Part shown: positions 55,827 to 60,713 of the stretch, one piece after another
How positions within the stretch are numbered: position 1 is the first letter of the stretch
How the letters are laid out: each line of letters opens with the position of its first letter
Source of the DNA: Anaerolineales bacterium
GTDB taxonomy: Bacteria; Chloroflexota; Anaerolineae; Anaerolineales; UBA6668
Direction: 5' to 3'
Length of the DNA stretch: 60,713 bases
NCBI GenBank assembly: GCA_020630805.1
Contig: JAHDIM010000003.1
Span: 1-60,713 of the forward strand
The notes under the pieces: model-generated
What the model saw: only the letters and a program-made list of their open reading frames with translations
Databases searched by the model: none
What the model was told of the DNA's origin: nothing
Translations under genes and position numbers: made by a program

Positions 55827-57464
55827 TTAGACCTGATTGATTAGGGCAAACACCAATGGGCGACGGCGCATTTCACCATAGAAGAAATCGCTAACAGTTT
55901 GCTCCACGCGTTTGCGCAAGCTACCATTACCGCCACTTTCTACTTCACGTACAATCCGGCTTTTGGCATCATTGAACAAGCCCTTTGAATCACGTACAAA
56001 CACAAACCCGCGTGAGATCAATTCTGGATCTTCAATCAATTCACCGGTATCCATGTCTACCAACATATTTACAATCACAAAGCCGTCTTCACCAAGCCGG
56101 TTGCGTTCGCGCAATACTGCTGGACCAATGTCCCCAATCCCAGTTCCATCTACATAAATGTAGCGGCCCGGCACGCGTTCGCCAATGTGCATTGAATTTT
56201 GGGTAAATTCCAAAACACGACCGTTTTCTACGGTCGCAATATTTTCTGGCTTAATACCCACTTGTTGGGCCAACCCAGCGTGCGCATGTAGGTGGCGTAG
56301 CTCACCATGTACTGGCACAAAATATTTTGGGCGGAGGATGTTTAGCAGTTGCTTTTGCTCTTCACTATGCGCGTGCCCAGACACGTGCACAGGCAAAATC
56401 GGATCATAAATAACCCGCGCCCCACGTTGGATCAAGCTGTTGATCGTGCGGCTAACTTGTTCTTCATTCCCTGGGATTGCATGCGCAGACACAACAATCG
56501 TGTCGCCTTCCATTGCATCAAAGTCACGGTTTTGCCCACGAGACAACCGCCCCAAAATAGAGCTGCGTTCCCCTTGAGACCCAGTTGACATAATAACAAG
56601 CTTATCTTTAGGAAGTTTTAGCCCTTCAGACAGTGGAATAATTACGCCTTCAGGATCTTTCAAGTGCCCAAGCTTCAAGGCAAGCTTGCTGTTTTCCACC
56701 ATTGAGGTACCAACAAGTGAAACGCGCCGCCCAAACTGAGCCGCCGCATTAATAACCTGTTGCACCCGTGAAACAAGTGAAGAGAAAGACGCCACAATAA
56801 TCCGCCCTTCTGCATCTGAGAAGACGGTACGTAACGCGCCATCGATAATTGCTTCTGATGGGGTGTACCCTGGGCGATCTGCATTCGTAGAATCAGAAAG
56901 CAACGCCAAAACGCCACGGCTTGCAAACTCAGAGAGCTTGCCCATATCGGTTGGAATACCAAGCGTTGGTGTGTTATCTAATTTGAAGTCGCCAGTGTGG
57001 ACAATAAGGCCAGCTGGGGTTGTAATGCCAAGCCCACTTGCATCAGGGACGCTGTGACATACATTGAAGAATTCAACATCAAATGGGCCTAAGCTAATTT
57101 TACCGCCAGGCTCTACAACGTTGATACGTGACTTTGATTTTGCGCCTTTTAGCTTGCGCTCAACCACACCCATCGTAAATGGAGTGCCGTAAAGCGGGAC
57201 ATCTAAATAGTCCATCATGTAGCGAATTGCACCAACATGGTCTTCATGACCATGCGTAAAGACAATTCCTACAACGCGCTCTTTTTTATCGTCCAAATAT
57301 CCCCAGTCTGGGATGATGTGGTCGATACCAGGCATGTCGAATTCCGGAAACATAATCCCTACATCAACAATAAGGATGTTCTTTCCGTACTCAACTACGG
57401 TCATATTCTTCCCAATCTCGCCTAAGCCGCCGATTGGAATAATGCGCAGTTTCTTTTCTGCCAT
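55827..57464 (-). CDS. rnj: Ribonuclease J
   Basis: IPIGGLGEIGKNM, THGHEDH, HS.PD, HTGDFK, DSTNA, TGSQGE, IPGNE, HVSGH, PVHGE.RH. Start at ATG 57464 with AAAGGG upstream. Confidence 0.96.
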   Translation of the reverse strand: MAEKKLRIIPIGGLGEIGKNMTVVEYGKNILIVDVGIMFPEFDMPGIDHIIPDWGYLDDKKERVVGIVFTHGHEDHVGAIRYMMDYLDVPLYGTPFTMGVVERKLKGAKSKSRINVVEPGGKISLGPFDVEFFNVCHSVPDASGLGITTPAGLIVHTGDFKLDNTPTLGIPTDMGKLSEFASRGVLALLSDSTNADRPGYTPSEAIIDGALRTVFSDAEGRIIVASFSSLVSRVQQVINAAAQFGRRVSLVGTSMVENSKLALKLGHLKDPEGVIIPLSEGLKLPKDKLVIMSTGSQGERSSILGRLSRGQNRDFDAMEGDTIVVSAHAIPGNEEQVSRTINSLIQRGARVIYDPILPVHVSGHAHSEEQKQLLNILRPKYFVPVHGELRHLHAHAGLAQQVGIKPENIATVENGRVLEFTQNSMHIGERVPGRYIYVDGTGIGDIGPAVLRERNRLGEDGFVIVNMLVDMDTGELIEDPELISRGFVFVRDSKGLFNDAKSRIVREVESGGNGSLRKRVEQTVSDFFYGEMRRRPLVFALINQV

Positions 57465-57762
57465 ATTCAATTTTCCTTTTTTACTAAACGTTCTAATGGC
57501 TTCCAGAACGTAAATTTCTTTTATTGTGGCAGACAAAACTCAACTAAATTGAGGGCACTGTCTGCGCTGTCTCTCTTCTTGAATCGGATCTTTTTAAGGC
57601 GTGCAAAATTACAGCAACGAGTGCTGTAAAGCGAAACGGCTTTGAAATTTCCGGAAACTCAAATGCTGTGCCACAAATGATTAGGCTCGAACGATTTTGA
57701 GGATGAAGAGGATAACTATCTATGCGATAGGCACGAATCAAACGCTTAAGTTGTGATTCGCT
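57465..57762 (-). promoter_or_regulatory. Predicted ~300-nt structured 5' leader of rnj
   Basis: Lies between the predicted promoter and the rnj ATG. Six inverted repeats at 57733-57761, 57716-57730, 57641-57663, 57609-57629, 57529-57565 and 57488-57511. Confidence 0.5.
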
Positions 57763-57768
57763 AGATGC

Positions 57769-57797
57769 ATCGTAACATAATCAAAATAGGCTGTCAA
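57769..57797 (-). promoter_or_regulatory. Sigma70/SigA-type promoter for rnj
   Basis: Minus strand TTGACA-17 nt-TACGAT with TGn extended -10, just downstream of the NYN-gene terminator. Confidence 0.75.
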
Positions 57798-57852
57798 AAC
57801 ACCAAAACACATGTGCGTGCCTGCCCAATGCGCAATATTTTTGTATCAACTT

Positions 57853-57888
57853 AAAGAAAAACAGGCAGCTCAAATTGAGCCGCCTGTT
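57853..57888 (-). terminator. Intrinsic terminator of the NYN-LOTUS gene
   Basis: Minus strand AACAGGCGGCTCA-ATT-TGAGCTGCCTGTT then TTTCTTT, 27 nt after the stop codon. Confidence 0.8.
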
Positions 57889-57915
57889 AGGGTCAAGACA
57901 ATAACAGGGCGCGTC

Positions 57916-60713
57916 TTACTTGCCGCGTTCTAAATACGCTGCAACGGTGTCTTTTGTGATGTTGAGATTGTACAACGCAGGCGTGTCACTTGATGGTTCC
58001 ATTTGCAAAATGCCAGCCATAACTGCATCCAATACAAGCTGACTAACTTGGAAATCACTTACAGATTGCTTTGCTTCATCACGCAGCATCTGGCAGTGTA
58101 ACTTCAGATCATCAATCGTTGCTGGGAAATTGTTGTAACCGTTCATCCACATTACAACTTGGCGCTTGACTTCTTCATCTGCCAGCAACTCGCGTGTTTC
58201 TTCAACAACCTTGTCACTAATAGCGGAGTCTACTGGCACGGCCAAATCATCCTGCAGGTTGAGCGTTGTTTCAATCAAGGCTGAGTCTGGCTCATCATTG
58301 ACTTGCATAATCGCTTCAATTTCTTCAACAGTTAGCTCTTGGCTTTCTTCAACGCCTTCAAAGATATCTGGCAATTCTTCTTCAGGTGCTGGTGTTGCGG
58401 CAAATTTCTCTGTAATTGAAGAAAGTCCGTCTGTAATTGAAGAAAGTCCGGTTGAAATTGTATCTGCTGCACCCTCACCTAATGGAGAGAGTAAGCCCGC
58501 TGCTGCGGCTGTTCCGGCTGCTGCAATTCCAGTGGCGGCGCTCGTCGCACTGTCCACAGCCGTATCCACAGTGTCGGTTACAGGCGCATCAGCATTTTCC
58601 AAGGCTTGAGTTGTAATCGAGCTACCTAATTCGTTTTCAATCGCCTTGATCTTTTCTCGCAGTTGGAACTGTTGCGTTACTGCACCCGGCAGTTGAATAT
58701 CGTCCTCTGCCACCTCGTCTTCTACAACACTGTCTGCTTCATCAGCAGTCGGCATCTCTACGGCGTCTGCCGCTGGCGTTTCAACAACTGTGTCCTCAAT
58801 CGGGGCAACTTGCTCTTTATCGACTAGGAATGGAGGCAAATCAGGCGTCACGACTGGCTCATCAGCCTCGTCAAGCACAACAACCTCATTTACTGGTGGG
58901 ATTGCAAGCGTTTCAGCCGCTGCTTCAAGGTCTTCTTCAACCGCGGTGGCAGCGTCTTCTATAACTTCAGCAACTTCTGGCATGTCAGCGGTTTCTACCG
59001 CTTCAACTTCAGGCGTTTCTGCAATTTCAGGATCAACACTAGCGTCTGCAGTTGGCGCGTCTTCGGTTGACACATACTCAATGCTTAAATCATCAGTTGC
59101 ATGAATTGGCGCGCTAGAATCTTCCGTTTCGATGACGGCCACAACTTCAGGGACATCATCTGTATCTTCCACCTCAGGCGCTTCAACAGCTTCAGCTGCG
59201 GCAACAGTTTCAGTCTCTGGTTCTACAGCGGGCGCTACGTCCGCATCCATAGACGCTTCAACGGCATCTGCTGCGGGCAAGTCCTGTGGTTCTTCAGCTT
59301 CAACCGCAGCAACCGTCAGTGCTGCAACCGTCGCTTCAACCGGTCCAGGGTCAGGTTCAACATCTACTTCCGCTTCGGCGGTAGGCTCTGGAGTGTTTAC
59401 TTCGCCTGTATTTTCTGGCAAGTACACTTCACGATAGACCCCTTCACCCTCTAGCCGTACCAATCCTGACTTTTCAGCATCAAGCAAGAATTGGTCAAAT
59501 TTTGCAAAGCGTTGCCCTTCACTATTCCGGAAGTCTTTTTCACTGAAATCGCTGTTCAGGCGGCGCATTGTCAACTTCACAATGGAAGCACGCGGGTTGC
59601 GGCCTTCAGCGGCAAGCTTAGTAACGGCCTCTAGCAATAACGCTTGGGCAGATTCAATTGTTAGTTTGTCAGTGGCCTCTTCTACAACAGGATCAGCAGC
59701 TTTAGGGGCAACTGGCGTAGGATCAGGCAATGCGGCCGCAGGTGCTGGTGTTTCAATAGCTGGGGCAACAACCTCTGCCACGGCTTCAACCACTGGGCTT
59801 TCTTTTTCAACCGGTGCAGCTTCAGCCTCAACTTCAGCAGCGGGCGTGACGTCTTCAGCCTCTGTTTTTTGCGGGGCTGGTTTCTTGCTATGCGATTTGT
59901 TACCCTTACGGCGCTTATGATCACGGTCACCCTGACCCTTGCGGCCTTTACTTTTGGGCTTTTCTTTTTCGCTATCTTTACTTTTTTCTGGCTCTTGCGC
60001 GTCATCCTTGAGCAGATGTTCACTGTCTGGCGAAAGTAAAAACTCTTGGTTCTTCTTTTTGCGGATTTGGTAGCCTTTAGGGCCAAGGCGATGCATCAAA
60101 TACGCACGCAGGTCCCGATAGTACCAGTTCTCAGAATTGATCAGGCGGCGATCATCAAACCCTTCAATGGAGGTTTTTAACCATTCAGAAAGTTCATGCA
60201 AGCTAGGCATGTCATGCCCTTGCGCGCGCATTGTTTTTACAATTTCAACTACGCGGTTATCAAGATCAATATCATCAACATCAATCAAACCGATAGAGGC
60301 CGGTGAAATTTGACTGTAAGCCAAAAACTCATCAACAGCAGATTCAAGATTGTCTGACCAGCAGCGGTCTACGCCAACAGCGACAACTTTCTTGCCAGCG
60401 CGCTTGATCGCATTCACCAACGGGATAAAGTCGCCATCGCCAGTGAGCAAGACGAACGTACTGATGCTTTCGTCTTCAGCAAGAACGCGCATCGCATCTA
60501 CCGTCATATAAATATCGACGATATTAGGCTTAGATTTATTGGTGTAGCCGTTGGCTTTGTGCGCTGAAGCAGGCACATGCATGAGGTCAAAACCGCAGTT
60601 ATTTAACCACTGGATTTCGCGAACAAGAAATTTTTCATCCCACTGCCCATAAGCACGCGCAATTTTTACACGTCCATAATCACGACAGCGAGCCATAATA
60701 TCGTTGAAGTTAA
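57916..60713 (-). CDS. NYN-domain (LabA/PIN-like) protein with LOTUS/OST-HTH domains and a long acidic low-complexity region; 5'-truncated
   Basis: RAYGQW, KPNIVDIYMTVDAM, LLTGDGDFIPLV...GKKVVAVG. OST-HTH-like block 'RASIVKLTMRRLNSDFSEKDF...FAKFDQFLLDAEKSGLV'. The frame is open from 60696 to the edge and the N-terminal DxxN motif is absent. Confidence 0.85.
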   Translation of the reverse strand, partial: NFNDIMARCRDYGRVKIARAYGQWDEKFLVREIQWLNNCGFDLMHVPASAHKANGYTNKSKPNIVDIYMTVDAMRVLAEDESISTFVLLTGDGDFIPLVNAIKRAGKKVVAVGVDRCWSDNLESAVDEFLAYSQISPASIGLIDVDDIDLDNRVVEIVKTMRAQGHDMPSLHELSEWLKTSIEGFDDRRLINSENWYYRDLRAYLMHRLGPKGYQIRKKKNQEFLLSPDSEHLLKDDAQEPEKSKDSEKEKPKSKGRKGQGDRDHKRRKGNKSHSKKPAPQKTEAEDVTPAAEVEAEAAPVEKESPVVEAVAEVVAPAIETPAPAAALPDPTPVAPKAADPVVEEATDKLTIESAQALLLEAVTKLAAEGRNPRASIVKLTMRRLNSDFSEKDFRNSEGQRFAKFDQFLLDAEKSGLVRLEGEGVYREVYLPENTGEVNTPEPTAEAEVDVEPDPGPVEATVAALTVAAVEAEEPQDLPAADAVEASMDADVAPAVEPETETVAAAEAVEAPEVEDTDDVPEVVAVIETEDSSAPIHATDDLSIEYVSTEDAPTADASVDPEIAETPEVEAVETADMPEVAEVIEDAATAVEEDLEAAAETLAIPPVNEVVVLDEADEPVVTPDLPPFLVDKEQVAPIEDTVVETPAADAVEMPTADEADSVVEDEVAEDDIQLPGAVTQQFQLREKIKAIENELGSSITTQALENADAPVTDTVDTAVDSATSAATGIAAAGTAAAAGLLSPLGEGAADTISTGLSSITDGLSSITEKFAATPAPEEELPDIFEGVEESQELTVEEIEAIMQVNDEPDSALIETTLNLQDDLAVPVDSAISDKVVEETRELLADEEVKRQVVMWMNGYNNFPATIDDLKLHCQMLRDEAKQSVSDFQVSQLVLDAVMAGILQMEPSSDTPALYNLNITKDTVAAYLERGK
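58409..58450. repeat. Perfect in-frame 21-bp tandem duplication
   Basis: tctgtaattgaagaaagtccg x2, encoding GLSSITD-GLSSITE. Confidence 0.95.

Noticed and set aside
4315-57536. Longer N-termini given by the ORF track (e.g. 5529, 9805, 13836, 25450, 32750, 39470, 47634, 48256, 50642, 57536)
   Set aside because: Downstream starts fit family N-termini, stop/start coupling or RBS position better.
57544-57741. 65-aa ORF in the rnj leader
   Set aside because: TTG start inside a hairpin, no RBS and no recognisable motif. A leader peptide cannot be fully excluded.
795-60086. Many short plus-strand and alternate-frame ORFs in the track
   Set aside because: They overlap well-supported minus-strand genes and show no motifs. 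The Ser/Ala/Thr-rich ones at 58166-59920 are antisense shadows of the acidic region.
1-60713. CRISPR arrays, tRNA/rRNA, IS elements, integrases, prophage
   Set aside because: No spaced repeats, RNA-gene signatures or transposase/integrase motifs were seen, and the intergenic spaces are mostly too small.

Overview
The window is almost entirely one minus-strand bacterial surface-glycan locus of about 55 kb (464..55652, 53 closely packed, often overlapping genes). A 5' fragment of a probable ABC-type exporter lies at the left edge. At the right are RNase J and a large NYN-LOTUS protein that is 5'-truncated by the window. In transcription order (right to left) the locus encodes: (1) a nonulosonic-acid region with three NeuB/PseI-family synthases, PseG, a PseH-like GNAT, two SpsF-type cytidylyltransferases (one fused to a GSAM-like class III aminotransferase), AKR, FemAB-like, WbqC, PIG-L, ATP-grasp, HAD, Gfo/Idh/MocA, SDR and AsnB-type enzymes; (2) an AT-richer methyltransferase/glycosyltransferase block bracketed by two paralogous unknown proteins; (3) a CDP-sugar module (rfbF, rfbG, rfbC, aminotransferase, two Zn-finger C-methyltransferases, CmcI); (4) GT2, GT4 and CgeB-like transferases, PglE/PglF-like enzymes and a GT-C-like membrane protein. 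There are 14 methyltransferase-like genes and 5 PLP aminotransferases. I could not recognise wzx, wzy, neuC, pseB, pglC, pglD or any known sialyltransferase or Maf gene. Non-coding features are a near-consensus sigma70 promoter giving rnj a hairpin-rich leader of about 300 nt, two terminator-like hairpins and a 21-bp tandem duplication. No tRNA, rRNA, CRISPR array or mobile element was seen. The RNase J and NYN sequences look Chloroflexota-like, which is an impression only. All family calls come from reading motifs by eye, without database searches.
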